Shown piece by piece: positions 35,585 through 45,850 of a stretch of DNA of 64,000 bases. A program made the translations under genes and the position numbers. The DNA lies in assembly GCA_035647615.1 (NCBI GenBank), contig DASRND010000003.1:195135-259134 (forward strand), in the 5' to 3' direction. Numbering within the stretch: the stretch's first letter is position 1; every line of letters begins with the position of its first letter. This DNA comes from Bacteroidales bacterium. Its GTDB lineage: Bacteria > Bacteroidota > Bacteroidia > Bacteroidales > 4484-276. The notes under the pieces were generated by a model, which searched no databases, was not told where the DNA came from, and was given only the letters and a program-made list of their open reading frames with translations.

Positions 35585-36763
35585 TTATCGTTGATGCCGG
35601 CTCACTGCGTCGTGGAGTTGTTCCATGGCTTGCTGCACCAACTGGTGCGGGCATGCCACGTTGAGGCGCATAAAACTCTCGCCACCGGTGCCAAACATTT
35701 CGCCTTCGTTTAAACCCAGACGGGCATTATTTACAAAAAAATCTTTCAACCCTCCGACAGGTAATTCCAGATCGCTGCAGTCGAGCCAGATCATGTAGGT
35801 GCTTTCTGGCTCGATCATCCTAATCAGCGGGATGTTTTGCTGCAAATATTCCCGCACAAGAGTTATGTTTTGCTGCACGTATTCGAGCAATTGCCTCAGC
35901 CAGTCCTCGCCATGCTCATAAGCAGCCTGCAGCGCGATGGCACCAAAAAGGTTGCCCATGCCCGCGTGCAACTGGTCGTTGAGCATGTGGTTGTATTTGT
36001 CGAGGAGTTCCTGGTTTGGGATGATAAGATAAGAAGTGGCCAGCCCCGCCAAATTAAAGGTTTTGGAAGGTGCGTTGCAGGTGATGGTTTGCGCAGCCAC
36101 CTCCTCGCTAAGCGATGCCAGCGGGATGTGCTGATGTCCATCCAAGATAAGGTCGGAATGAATTTCGTCGGAGATGATGAGCACGTCGTTGTCGATGCAA
36201 ATCTGTGCCATGGTTTCTAACTCGTGGCGCGTCCAGACGCTACCGCCGGGATTGTGTGGATGACAAAGCATAAGTATGCGCGCACCAACGGCTTTTTGTT
36301 TCAGATCGTCAAGATCCATGCTAAGCCGGCCGTTTTTTAACACCAAAGGATTTTCAACAATTTCGCATTCATTTTCTCGGATGGCGCTGAAAAACGGGAA
36401 ATAGACCGGTGGCTGCACGATGATGCGGTCGCCAGGTTTTGTGAGCGCCATCACCAGCATATTGAGCGCCGGCACCACGCCCGGACTAAAACTCAGCCAT
36501 GCCGGATCGACATCCCACCCATGGCGTTTTTTCATCCAACCGACAATGGCATTATTAAATTCATCACCGCGAAAGGTGTAGCCTGTTATTTCGTGTTCCA
36601 GGCGCTTTCGCAGCGCATCGATCACAAAGTCGGGCGTGCGGAAATCCATGTCGGCCACCCACATCGGCAGCACTTCTTCGCTGCCAAAGATGCGCTGGCG
36701 GGCATCATATTTTATGCAATTTGTCCCTTCACGGGAAATGATTTCGTCAAAGTTGTATTTCAT
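35585..36763 (-). CDS. MalY/PatB-type PLP-dependent C-S lyase (cystathionine beta-lyase-like aminotransferase)
   Basis: MKYNFDEIISREGTNCIKYD..MWVADMDF..NPHNPGG..SDEIH..SKTFNLAG, with the PLP lysine. I prefer the ATG at 36763 over the TTG at 36781. Confidence 0.8.
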   Translation of the reverse strand: MKYNFDEIISREGTNCIKYDARQRIFGSEEVLPMWVADMDFRTPDFVIDALRKRLEHEITGYTFRGDEFNNAIVGWMKKRHGWDVDPAWLSFSPGVVPALNMLVMALTKPGDRIIVQPPVYFPFFSAIRENECEIVENPLVLKNGRLSMDLDDLKQKAVGARILMLCHPHNPGGSVWTRHELETMAQICIDNDVLIISDEIHSDLILDGHQHIPLASLSEEVAAQTITCNAPSKTFNLAGLATSYLIIPNQELLDKYNHMLNDQLHAGMGNLFGAIALQAAYEHGEDWLRQLLEYVQQNITLVREYLQQNIPLIRMIEPESTYMIWLDCSDLELPVGGLKDFFVNNARLGLNEGEMFGTGGESFMRLNVACPHQLVQQAMEQLHDAVSRHQR

Positions 36764-36865
36764 ATTTTCTTTTTTAATCAATTATTACAAACCCATTATC
36801 GAAAGGAACAACGAAAAATGCAGAGGGTTTAAAAAATTCAAAATACTATGATTCTATTCAAGTTT

Positions 36866-37999
36866 TTAATGCCATTTTCGCTTTCGCGAGAAAAGCAGAC
36901 GGAGGCGGATGAAAAAGCCGATGAGTAAAAGGAACAATTCAAAAAACGGCGTAAGCAGCAACAGGTTTTTTTCGTGGAGGCGCTTTTGTATCAGGCCGAA
37001 CAGGATGAGTTGGCTGATGAATCGCAAAGCAAATATTGCTGCCACCGAAATCCAGGGAGCCTTTAATAACAGGAGAGCTGCCAGCAAAGTGTAGAAAAGG
37101 AAGAGCGACAAAGTGTAGGTTTCGATGAGCACGCGGTGGCCTGTTTTAAAATAATGGCGCATGCCCAGCCTTTTTTTTTCGCTGATCAGCCAACGCCGGA
37201 AAGAATACGGTCGCACCTGATCGATGCGGCTGCCGGCACTTATTTGCACCGACACATTTTTGCGCGTGGCGGTTTTATTTACAAAGAGTTCGTCGTCGCC
37301 GGCGTTGATGGTGTAATGAGCGCTGAAGCCTTTGTTTCGGTAAAATAGTTCGCGGGTGTAGGAGAGGTTGCGGCCGATGCCTTTGAATGGGATTCCGCTA
37401 AGTGCCATCGAAAGGTAAAGCAACGCATCATAAAAAGCCGTAAACCGCAGCCATTTATTGATTCGTGATGTCGTGCGCCAGGAAGCATATCCCAGTACAA
37501 TCTCGCGCCCGGGCTGCATGGCTGCCGTCATCTCCGATATCCACTGCTCGTTGGCCGGGCAACAGTTGATGTCGGTGAGCAAAATCAGATCGCTGTAAGC
37601 CGACTTGATGCCCAGCGATAATGGAAACTTTCGACCCGAAAACCAGTTGAGACTTTGCGTAAGCTCTACAATGCGCAGGTGGGGATATTTGGCCGTAAAT
37701 TCATCCATCAGCTCCATGGTGCCGTCTTCGGAGTTATCAACCACCAGAACAACTTCGTACCTGCGATGCACCTGTTCAAGGAAAGCCGCCAGGTTTTCGT
37801 TTACATCCCGATATTGGTTGTTGGCCATAATTACAATTGAAACAGGCGTTTCATCAGCTACTTCAAAGGTTTTTTTGTAAAAAGCCAACCGCACAAACAC
37901 CAGCCAGAAGTAGATGAGCTGCACCATTGTAACGGCGGCAAAACCTACCAGGAGCCAGAATAATAAAGGTTGTTCAGGTATAAATTCTGTAAATGTCAT
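36866..37999 (-). CDS. membrane-bound family 2 glycosyltransferase
   Basis: An N-terminal TM segment, VSIVIMANNQ..VVLVVDNSEDGT (GT2 DxD region), and C-terminal TM segments. Confidence 0.7.
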   Translation of the reverse strand: MTFTEFIPEQPLLFWLLVGFAAVTMVQLIYFWLVFVRLAFYKKTFEVADETPVSIVIMANNQYRDVNENLAAFLEQVHRRYEVVLVVDNSEDGTMELMDEFTAKYPHLRIVELTQSLNWFSGRKFPLSLGIKSAYSDLILLTDINCCPANEQWISEMTAAMQPGREIVLGYASWRTTSRINKWLRFTAFYDALLYLSMALSGIPFKGIGRNLSYTRELFYRNKGFSAHYTINAGDDELFVNKTATRKNVSVQISAGSRIDQVRPYSFRRWLISEKKRLGMRHYFKTGHRVLIETYTLSLFLFYTLLAALLLLKAPWISVAAIFALRFISQLILFGLIQKRLHEKNLLLLTPFFELFLLLIGFFIRLRLLFSRKRKWH

Positions 38000-38173
38000 T
38001 GCTGTGCAAATAGTGGCGGCAAAAGTAGAATTAAGCAGGCAGATGTAAATGGGCGTTGATAAGTTTTCGGATTAGCTTTTGGGGCGTTAAATTTGCATAA
38101 AGTCTATGTTTATGAACCATCCGTATTACGATTCCGATCAGTTGCGCAGAATGCTGCTTGCTAATCAATTCAT

Positions 38174-38181
38174 TACATTTG
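38174..38181 (+). promoter_or_regulatory. -7 promoter box TACATTTG upstream of the sulfatase gene
   Basis: It matches TAnnTTTG and lies 35 nt upstream of the ATG at 38216. Confidence 0.45.
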
Positions 38182-38215
38182 TCACTTTAAAATATTTTCA
38201 TTCAAACTCATTTCT

Positions 38216-39832
38216 ATGAAGCATATTCAATTTCTATTCATTCGATTTTTTAAACCAGGGCTTCTGTTTGTGATCATGATGGCGTTGTTGGTTTCCTGTT
38301 CGGAGCAGGTGGTGCAAAGGCCTAACATCATTTTTATCATGAGCGACGATCATGCTTACCAGGCCATTAGCGCTTATGAGGATCATCTCATTCACACCCC
38401 AAACATCGACAAACTCGGCGATGAGGGAATGCGCTTCGACCGTGCGTATGTTACCAATTCGATTTGCGCACCAAGTCGTGCTGTAATTCTTACCGGCAAG
38501 CACAGCCACATAAACGGGGTGCGCGATAATGAGACAGATTTCGACAGCAGTCAGACTACGTTTCCAAAATTATTGCAACAAGCAGGCTACCAAACAGCTA
38601 TCGTGGGGAAGTGGCATTTGAAATCGGATCCCAAAGGTTTTGATTTTTGGAAGATTCTGATTGATCAGGGCGACTATTATCAGCCCGAATTTAAAACCAG
38701 CGAGGGAATCTTTACAATGCAGGGCTATGTTACGAACATAATAACTGATATGGCTTTGGATTTTCTCTCGAAGCAAACCAACCAGAAAAAACCTTTTATG
38801 CTGATGTATCAACACAAGGCACCGCATCGCGCATGGCTGCCGCCACAACAATATCTGGATGCTTTTTGGAGCCAGCCTATCCCGATCCCAAAAACGCTGT
38901 TTGACGATTACCAAAACCGTGGAAGTGCTGCCAGGCAAGCCGAAATGCGGATAAGCGACCACATGGGGTTGACGAATGATACTAAAATAGAGCCTAAAAT
39001 TTTGGATTCTCTTGGCATGAAGGAGTTCATGAAATGGTTTGCCAATATTTACAATGACAAACTCTCCCGCCTCACCGCCGCCGAAAGGGAAAAGTGGGAT
39101 AGCGTTTATGGGCCGATGAATGAAGCCTTTTTTAATAATCCGCCGCAGGGCGATTCGTTGACGCTCTGGAAGTACCGGCGTTACATGGAAGATTATCTGG
39201 CCACCATAAAATCGATAGATGACAATGTTGGCAGGTTGCTCGATTATCTTGACGAATCCGGGCTGGCTGAAAACACCATCGTTGTTTACACTTCCGACCA
39301 GGGATTTTACCTGGGTGAGCATGGCTGGTTCGACAAACGATTTATGTATGAAGAATCGTTCAGAACGCCGCTACTGGTGCGCTGGCCCGATAAAATTAAA
39401 CCCGGAACCGTAAACTCGAATTTGGTACAAAACCTCGACTTTGCCGAAACCTTTCTGGACGCTGCCGGTGTAGATATTCCCGACGATATGCAGGGCGAAA
39501 GTTTGCTGCCACTTTTTGCCGAGAACGATAAGGATTGGCGCAATGGGCTTTATTATCATTATTACGAATATCCGGCTTTCCATGCCGTGAAGCGCCATTA
39601 CGGAGTGAGTACTGATCGATACAAGCTCATCCATTTTTATTACGATGTGGACGAGTGGGAGCTTTATGATCTCGTAAAGGATCCTGACGAAATGCAAAAT
39701 GTAATTGATAATCCGGAATACCAGCAAGTAAAGGAAGAGTTGTTGGTTCGGTTGGATGAATTGCGAAAGCAATACGGAGATTCGGATGAATTGACAAAGG
39801 AGATTTTAGAAAGCGACCTCAATAGGAAATAG
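38216..39832 (+). CDS. sulfatase (S1 family, formylglycine-dependent)
   Basis: Signal/lipoprotein-like leader, IIFIMSDDH and the CAPSRAVILTGK (C-x-P-x-R) motif. Confidence 0.85.
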   Translation: MKHIQFLFIRFFKPGLLFVIMMALLVSCSEQVVQRPNIIFIMSDDHAYQAISAYEDHLIHTPNIDKLGDEGMRFDRAYVTNSICAPSRAVILTGKHSHINGVRDNETDFDSSQTTFPKLLQQAGYQTAIVGKWHLKSDPKGFDFWKILIDQGDYYQPEFKTSEGIFTMQGYVTNIITDMALDFLSKQTNQKKPFMLMYQHKAPHRAWLPPQQYLDAFWSQPIPIPKTLFDDYQNRGSAARQAEMRISDHMGLTNDTKIEPKILDSLGMKEFMKWFANIYNDKLSRLTAAEREKWDSVYGPMNEAFFNNPPQGDSLTLWKYRRYMEDYLATIKSIDDNVGRLLDYLDESGLAENTIVVYTSDQGFYLGEHGWFDKRFMYEESFRTPLLVRWPDKIKPGTVNSNLVQNLDFAETFLDAAGVDIPDDMQGESLLPLFAENDKDWRNGLYYHYYEYPAFHAVKRHYGVSTDRYKLIHFYYDVDEWELYDLVKDPDEMQNVIDNPEYQQVKEELLVRLDELRKQYGDSDELTKEILESDLNRK

Positions 39833-39861
39833 TGATTCTTGAAAAGATCTTCGTGGTAAAG

Positions 39862-39960
39862 TCAGGGTTTGCAACAGGAGCCTCGTAGAGGCAGCAGTAT
39901 GGTAGAAAATTGAGGTCAGGAGAAAAAAGCCTCGTAGAGGCGACACTATGATCTTGCAGA
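39862..39960. repeat. hairpin-repeat unit pair A (two GCCTC-GTA-GAGGC hairpins)
   Basis: The hairpins are at 39880-39892 and 39929-39941. The first is followed by TATGGTAGAA. Confidence 0.6.
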
Positions 39961-40020
39961 ATTATCATATTGTATTCTGAAAAAGGCTTAATTAATTGAT
40001 GGTTCAATCGAATGGAAAAA

Positions 40021-40125
40021 GGTCTTTAATTCTATTATAATTTCGCTCCTACGGAGCTTTGTGTTTTCATTGTTACTTTATTCTACCATAATTCCGCTCC
40101 TACGGAGCTTTCTCTGTCAATTTTG
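40021..40125. repeat. hairpin-repeat unit pair B, inverted relative to A (two GCTCC-TAC-GGAGC hairpins)
   Basis: The hairpins are at 40044-40056 and 40095-40107. The reverse complement aligns to unit A, including TATGGTAGAA. Confidence 0.6.
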
Positions 40126-40146
40126 GCCAAAGGGTCGATGGCTAAT

Positions 40147-40377
40147 TTATACATTGTATTTTTTGTCGAATTCCTCTTTTACTTCCTGTTCCTGCCAGTC
40201 GTGATATGAATCAGGGTTTTCTTTGTAATTCTTCAAGCGCTGGTCGATGATTTTTTTATGATGTTCCGGAATATCAGAATCATCAATGGGTCCATGCGTT
40301 GTAAATCCAAGATTTTTCATTAGTTCCTTAAAAAAAGGGACTCTTTGATCGGGTATCGAAACAGAAAAGTTTGCCAT
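40147..40377 (-). CDS. addiction-module-component-like small protein (orphan antitoxin candidate)
   Basis: The C-terminal half of this 76-aa protein, IPEHHKKIIDQRLKNYKENPDSYHDWQE, resembles the TIGR02574-type antitoxin component. No partner toxin ORF is adjacent. Confidence 0.4.
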   Translation of the reverse strand: MANFSVSIPDQRVPFFKELMKNLGFTTHGPIDDSDIPEHHKKIIDQRLKNYKENPDSYHDWQEQEVKEEFDKKYNV

Positions 40378-40624
40378 GATTCAATGCTTTTATTTTACTC
40401 AGATGCAAATTTAATACAATTTGGGTATTCCCTTTTCTTCTTACAGATACAAGATGGCAAATGCTTTAACTAACAGAATTCCTGACCTGTTTGTTGATTT
40501 ACAGCTGTCAACAACTCTTTATCCACTACGCGGAATTCATCACAGGGGATTTAATATTGATGAATAAAAGCAACCCCCAAGCCTCCGACACCTCGAAGAA
40601 GTTTTACAAATAATGCTAGTTACC

Positions 40625-43312
40625 CTATCTCAAAATAATCTCATCCGAAAAAATCATCGATTCGTAGCCGGAGCCTGAATGATGCCACTCGGGCAACTTG
40701 CCGTAATAGTAGGCAATTACTTTCAGGTATCGTGTTTTCAGGCTATTAAATTCGGTGGTGTAATTGTGTTTTAAGCTGCCCTTTTCTTCAGGAGTAATTG
40801 TGTTGGCCAGGCTTTGGATAAGGACGTATTCGTCATCCAAATCATTTTTCCCATAAATTTCGATCTTCGTTGGGAAGATAACCCAGTCGTAGGTATTTTG
40901 ATAAAATCCCATCGAAAAGAAATTTATTGTTTGGATTTCTGACAGGTCAATTTCGATGTCGATATTCTGGCCCGAAAATCCCTGCCACAGGCCGCTCCGC
41001 AAAACGTCGGCCTCGCCCTGCTTCCCGTCCAAGAGGGCATTTTTTCCTCCGCCATCGTAGCCGGGGTGATAATTTGAATAGGATGAATTAAGTTTATGTA
41101 ATTTCCCAATTCCCTTGTGATAGATAATGGTGGTTTCGGTTTTTGGAAAGGCTTTCGCCGGATGGATTACCCCGGCCACAATTTTGGTGTCTTCATCAAT
41201 AAAAACTGGCTCTTTATACTTTGCCGACGACATTGTTACGGTATCTGCGTTTAATGCATAATAAATTTCCTGGTCGTCAAATATCGAACGAATAGAAATC
41301 TCCCGTCCTTTTTCAGTCAGCGTATCGGCGGCAGTAATCAGGCAATGGTATTTTAGGTTTTCGATGCTTTCGGTTAGTTTTTCAAACTTTGCCACATTCT
41401 TTTCTAACCACCACGGGCGGTTTTCCAGATTCCATAAATGCACATACTCTGATTGCAAGGCTCCGGCCTCATCAGCCAACAGGTCGATTTGCTTTTTTAA
41501 TTCAACATCCGATTTATTGCTCGCTCCATTTATAAACTCGGAAATATCAATCCTGAGCAAATTTTTGTGTAAGGTAAATTTTACTTGACGGATGGCAAAC
41601 AGCAAATAGTCGAGAGTGCTCTTGTTGTACCTGATTTGTGGGGCAAGGGCTTCGATGCTTTGTTTTAAAGCCACCGTTTGCTCCAGCATAGCGCGATTTT
41701 CATCCCTTCTTCCATCTCTAACATAATCGAAATAGATGGGGAAAACGGGTTCGAAAAAGCGACTGTTGTTTAAAATATCCCGTACGCCCGATTGGTGGAA
41801 GCCTGAAAAGGAAATCATAGCATCCGTCAATGAACTTTCATTTAATCCATAAAAAATGGCATCATAATTCCGGTTGAAGGCGTGGTATATTTTTTCTCTT
41901 TCCACATCGGATGCTTCCATCGACAAATTCGATGCGGGTGCATTCCAACTATTTTCGGCACCCCAGGCAAAGCCGTGCCAGTTGTTTTGGAAAAAGTTCA
42001 TCCCGTCGTCGTCCCAGCTCGTGTTTAGTACGCCGGTAGCCCCGTGTTTGTAGGCATCTCTGATAAAATTATAGACATTGATTTGGGTAGAATAAAAATC
42101 TGGAAAAATATTTGACCAGCAGTTAATGCCCGGAGCCACCCAAAAGTTAAGCCCGGATTCGGAGAGCGGCGTAACGGCATATTCAAAATTATCGGCGGCA
42201 TGATAGCCCCAGGCGATCACAGTAATATCACTGGGCAACTGTCCGATTATTTCCGGGTGGTTGCCCACAATGTCGCCCCACATCACTATTTTTTTTCCGT
42301 AAGGTTTTAGCAGGCTGTCCAGCTTATTGATATGACTAACATACACGCCGCCAATGCCGAGGCTTTCCGCCATTGCCTTGGATTTTCCTTCGCCCAGGCC
42401 GTGGGTTTCATCACAATTAATATTGAAATATTCGCCTTCAAAGGCAGGGACAATTTCGCTGTATGCCTCAGCAAGAAACTGGTAGGATTCGTCCATGGCC
42501 GGCGAAATGATATGCCCGGCTTCGGCCAAATGCTGATATTGGGGGAGGGAAAGTGTTTTTTCCATGTGGCCAAACGACTGGTAATTTCCGATAAGATGCA
42601 CGTGATGTTTTTTAGCATAGGAACTTAATTCTTCAAGCTGTGCTTTGGTAATTCCGTCGGCGGGTGCGATTCCCGGGTGGCTGTCGAACTGGAAAACATG
42701 CTCGATGTAGAGGGTGAAATAATTCAGTTTGAAAGCAGCCATTTTAAGGATTTGGGCTTTCAACGTTTCCATGCTTGGGATGGGTCCGCGGCTGATGTCA
42801 TCCTGCCAGCCACGCACCGCAATGTCGGGATAATCGTAAATAGTTAAACCGGGAATCATGCTTCCGCTGCGATTGGCTTGAATGACTTGTTTCAGGGTTT
42901 GGATGCCATAGAAAATCCCGGCATCGGTTTTTGAAATTATTTTAATTCCCCCTGACGAAACTGCCAAAACATAGCCCTCATCGCCCGGCTCGAAAGCGGC
43001 ATCTAAGGCATTATCTTTTATAATCTCCGTCCATCTTGTTTCTGATTCAACTCTGATAAATTCGATACAATTATTTGTTGCCTTTTTAGCTTTTTCTAAA
43101 TTGATGTTCAATTCCTGCTGAATACAATCTCTTAGTTCATCAGCGTAAAACGAACCCTGCGCATAGCCGACAATTTTTGTGTTTTCATCAATCCTGAAAG
43201 CACCATCCCGAAGCTCGATTTGCTTAGGCCGGGGAATTAATTTCAACTGTGCGCTGAGCAAGGTTCCCTGCAAAAGGATTAAAATAAGGATCGAGATTTT
43301 TAGTGTTTTCAT
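40625..43312 (-). CDS. GH20-like beta-N-acetylhexosaminidase with C-terminal F5/8 type C (discoidin) domain
   Basis: Signal peptide and the GH20b-like start LIPRPKQIELRDGAF. It also has YDYPDIAVRGWQDDISRG, NINCDETHGLG (D-E pair) and a discoidin-like C-terminus. Confidence 0.65.
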   Translation of the reverse strand: MKTLKISILILILLQGTLLSAQLKLIPRPKQIELRDGAFRIDENTKIVGYAQGSFYADELRDCIQQELNINLEKAKKATNNCIEFIRVESETRWTEIIKDNALDAAFEPGDEGYVLAVSSGGIKIISKTDAGIFYGIQTLKQVIQANRSGSMIPGLTIYDYPDIAVRGWQDDISRGPIPSMETLKAQILKMAAFKLNYFTLYIEHVFQFDSHPGIAPADGITKAQLEELSSYAKKHHVHLIGNYQSFGHMEKTLSLPQYQHLAEAGHIISPAMDESYQFLAEAYSEIVPAFEGEYFNINCDETHGLGEGKSKAMAESLGIGGVYVSHINKLDSLLKPYGKKIVMWGDIVGNHPEIIGQLPSDITVIAWGYHAADNFEYAVTPLSESGLNFWVAPGINCWSNIFPDFYSTQINVYNFIRDAYKHGATGVLNTSWDDDGMNFFQNNWHGFAWGAENSWNAPASNLSMEASDVEREKIYHAFNRNYDAIFYGLNESSLTDAMISFSGFHQSGVRDILNNSRFFEPVFPIYFDYVRDGRRDENRAMLEQTVALKQSIEALAPQIRYNKSTLDYLLFAIRQVKFTLHKNLLRIDISEFINGASNKSDVELKKQIDLLADEAGALQSEYVHLWNLENRPWWLEKNVAKFEKLTESIENLKYHCLITAADTLTEKGREISIRSIFDDQEIYYALNADTVTMSSAKYKEPVFIDEDTKIVAGVIHPAKAFPKTETTIIYHKGIGKLHKLNSSYSNYHPGYDGGGKNALLDGKQGEADVLRSGLWQGFSGQNIDIEIDLSEIQTINFFSMGFYQNTYDWVIFPTKIEIYGKNDLDDEYVLIQSLANTITPEEKGSLKHNYTTEFNSLKTRYLKVIAYYYGKLPEWHHSGSGYESMIFSDEIILR

Positions 43313-43485
43313 ATCAATAAATTAAAGCTGTAAAGATAATCCGATTTGAAAATAAAAAAGAGGCTGACAAACACGTTGCCAACCTCCATCTTAACAAAGG
43401 GAATCAACACTTCTATTCAACAACTATCTTTCGCACGACGGGTTGGTCGTCCGTTTCAAATTTTATAAAATAGAAAAATGAATCT

Positions 43486-45651
43486 CTATCTGGCAATAAT
43501 CAGCTTCTCCGAAACTGTGATTGCTTTCGAATCGGAGGTAAATTGCAGGTGGTACAATCCATTTGAAAGGTGGTGGGCATCAATCACCGATTGTTCACCC
43601 GAAACCCTTTGCTCAAACACCATTTGTCCGTTTGTATTAAAGATGCGTACAGAACCTGCCTGGCCATTAGGAGTTGTAAATGTAAAAGTACCATTGTTGG
43701 GCATCGGGAAAATGGAGATCGTTTTCTGAGCTTCTACCGGATCAGCAATGCCTACTGGTTCTAAGGTTTTAAATTCCACAATCGTGGCAGGGCCCCATTC
43801 GTCGAGTGCATTTTTACCAACAGCAATAGCATAGTAATCTGTGTTTGCAAACAAATCTATCCACACCCAGTCGTCGATGGCATACATGGGTGAACCAAAT
43901 TCGATAATAACAGCAACAGCCGAATCCTGACCAATCTCATTAAAATACGATTTAGTAATCAGACCGTCATAAAACAGCGCCGTTTGGTCGTTGGGTATAG
44001 CGATGAGTCGTGCCGAGCTGTCGGTAATTTGAGAAACCTGCACCTGCATTTCTGCCAGTCCGTTGCCGCCACCCGTGAGTGTTGTTACAGTTTTTGTGTT
44101 GAGCGGATAACCAAATCCGTTGGCATCGAGCGGACGTGCATAAAGGGTATATTCGGTGTTTGGAGCTTGGCCGGTCCAAAGATGGGTAAAGGCTTCTGTT
44201 TTTTCGATGCCCCACATTTGCACCAGCGAATCGACTGATACGCCCAGCCAGGCTGACCACATCGCCATTTCGGACTGGGTGCTAAGCAATGCAAAATAGC
44301 TTGCACAGGCTACGTTGGGCGTAAAGGAAGCTTCAACCGTGGTGTTGGTAATTTCTAAAGGAGTTATTATAACAGCAGGATCGGAAACTTCGTCATTCAT
44401 AAAACGAGCAACCAAAAACTCGGGGAAGTCTGCGCCCGCGGTGTGGCCGGCCACAACAATTTTTCCGTCGGGTTGAATGGCTACGGCTGTGCCCTGATCA
44501 ATATCTTTGTTTAAATCGGTGATAGTTATTCCATCCGTTCCAAACGAGGTGTCGAGAAGACCATTAGCATTCAGCCTTACCAAACCCATATCGTAATCTT
44601 CTGGCCCTTCGGCGTAGCCGCTCAATATAATTTTATCGTCATTCTGAATTACCATATCTGTAAGATAGTTGCCACCGTAAATAAGATTTACCGTGGTAAT
44701 TCCATTGGTGCCAAAGGTGTTGTCGATGTTTCCGTTCTCATCTAAACGTGCCGCAGCGAAATCGTAGCGCAAAGGTTGGGTGCCAATCCAGGTGTGGCCG
44801 CCGGCTATTATTTTCCCATCACTTTGCAGAGCAATGGCAATCATAAAATCGTATCCTGTGCCAATGCTGAATAATGTAGAACCGAATTCGCCAAACGTAA
44901 CGTCGAGTGCGCCATTGGCGTCGAAGCGGGCAATTCCGAATGCATAATTTGCAGCAGCGTCAAAGGCCAATCCGCCAACTAAAATTCTGCCATCATTTTG
45001 TATAACGACATCCTGGCCAAAGCACAAACCGATGCCTACATCAGCAGAAGCGAGGCCGCCTGTGCCGAAAGTATTATCAAGTGTTCCGTTGGTATTATAT
45101 CTCACCAACATGAACCTTTCTTCGTGGTCGCCGGCAAGCAAAATTTTCCCATCATCCTGCAACACTATGGCTTCTGCCACTTCGCTGGTGTTGCCGAAAT
45201 CGGTTATTACAATGCCATTTGTTCCAAAGGTATTGTCAGGCGTTCCGTCAGCATTGAGTCTGATAAGCAACACGTCGGTGGAAGAACCCGTGAAAATATA
45301 ACCACTAAGCACGATCTTTCCATCGGGTTGTAGAACCATATCAAGTACATAATCGCTGGTGGTAGTGGCCGAAATGGAAACCATACCGTTGGTGCCAAAG
45401 GTGTTGTCGTTAGAACCGTCTTCGTTGTAGCGTACTACGGCAACATCGTAATTGGGGGAAAAGCCGGTGTGTCCGGCGGCAATAATTTTTCCGTCGGGCT
45501 GCACGGCTATGGCACGAGCCATATTAAATCCCTCGGTGATTACGCTGGTTACGATGCCTTCGTTACCAAACGAAAAATCCAATGTGCCCGGTTGCGCCTG
45601 GGCAAAAGTTACTGTTGCTAAAAGTGCAATTACTGTAAAAATCTTTCTCAT
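43486..45651 (-). CDS. delta-60-repeat secreted protein with T9SS C-terminal sorting domain
   Basis: Start taken at MRKIFTVIALLATVTFAQAQ (ATG 45651). About 8 repeats of D(G/N)xxDxTFGTNGI..QxDGKI are followed by the CTD FPMPNNGTFTF..GLYHLQFTS. Confidence 0.7.
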   Translation of the reverse strand: MRKIFTVIALLATVTFAQAQPGTLDFSFGNEGIVTSVITEGFNMARAIAVQPDGKIIAAGHTGFSPNYDVAVVRYNEDGSNDNTFGTNGMVSISATTTSDYVLDMVLQPDGKIVLSGYIFTGSSTDVLLIRLNADGTPDNTFGTNGIVITDFGNTSEVAEAIVLQDDGKILLAGDHEERFMLVRYNTNGTLDNTFGTGGLASADVGIGLCFGQDVVIQNDGRILVGGLAFDAAANYAFGIARFDANGALDVTFGEFGSTLFSIGTGYDFMIAIALQSDGKIIAGGHTWIGTQPLRYDFAAARLDENGNIDNTFGTNGITTVNLIYGGNYLTDMVIQNDDKIILSGYAEGPEDYDMGLVRLNANGLLDTSFGTDGITITDLNKDIDQGTAVAIQPDGKIVVAGHTAGADFPEFLVARFMNDEVSDPAVIITPLEITNTTVEASFTPNVACASYFALLSTQSEMAMWSAWLGVSVDSLVQMWGIEKTEAFTHLWTGQAPNTEYTLYARPLDANGFGYPLNTKTVTTLTGGGNGLAEMQVQVSQITDSSARLIAIPNDQTALFYDGLITKSYFNEIGQDSAVAVIIEFGSPMYAIDDWVWIDLFANTDYYAIAVGKNALDEWGPATIVEFKTLEPVGIADPVEAQKTISIFPMPNNGTFTFTTPNGQAGSVRIFNTNGQMVFEQRVSGEQSVIDAHHLSNGLYHLQFTSDSKAITVSEKLIIAR

Positions 45652-45697
45652 TGTTTTAAAAGTTAGTTTAGATGTTAATGGTTCTAATAGAATGGTG

Positions 45698-45850
45698 TTA
45701 CTTATTGTCATGATTTTTCTCCTGTTCTTTAGTTAGTTCTTTAAGCAGCTTTTCTAAAATTTTACGCTCTTCCTTTTTCTTTTTAATAAAATGCTCAAGC
45801 TGTATCGCCCCTTGGTCATTTTCCATTTTCGCTCCGTGCTCCTTTTTCAT
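45698..45850 (-). CDS. 50-aa charged helical micro-ORF (hypothetical)
   Basis: MKKEHGAKMENDQGAIQLEHFIKKKKEERKILEKLLKELTKEQEKNHDNK. It lies between the LuxR-type regulator and the delta-60 gene on the same strand, is below the ORF-track cutoff, and has no homology support. Confidence 0.25.
   Translation of the reverse strand: MKKEHGAKMENDQGAIQLEHFIKKKKEERKILEKLLKELTKEQEKNHDNK

Noticed and set aside
38570-39322. A 250-aa antisense ORF inside the sulfatase gene. Similar cases are 56080-56661 inside the radical SAM gene, 16243-16788 inside mrdA, 10894-11451 inside the 998-aa gene and 30936-31472 inside the DHS-like gene.
   Set aside because: All are shadow ORFs opposite strongly supported genes, and none shows motifs of its own.
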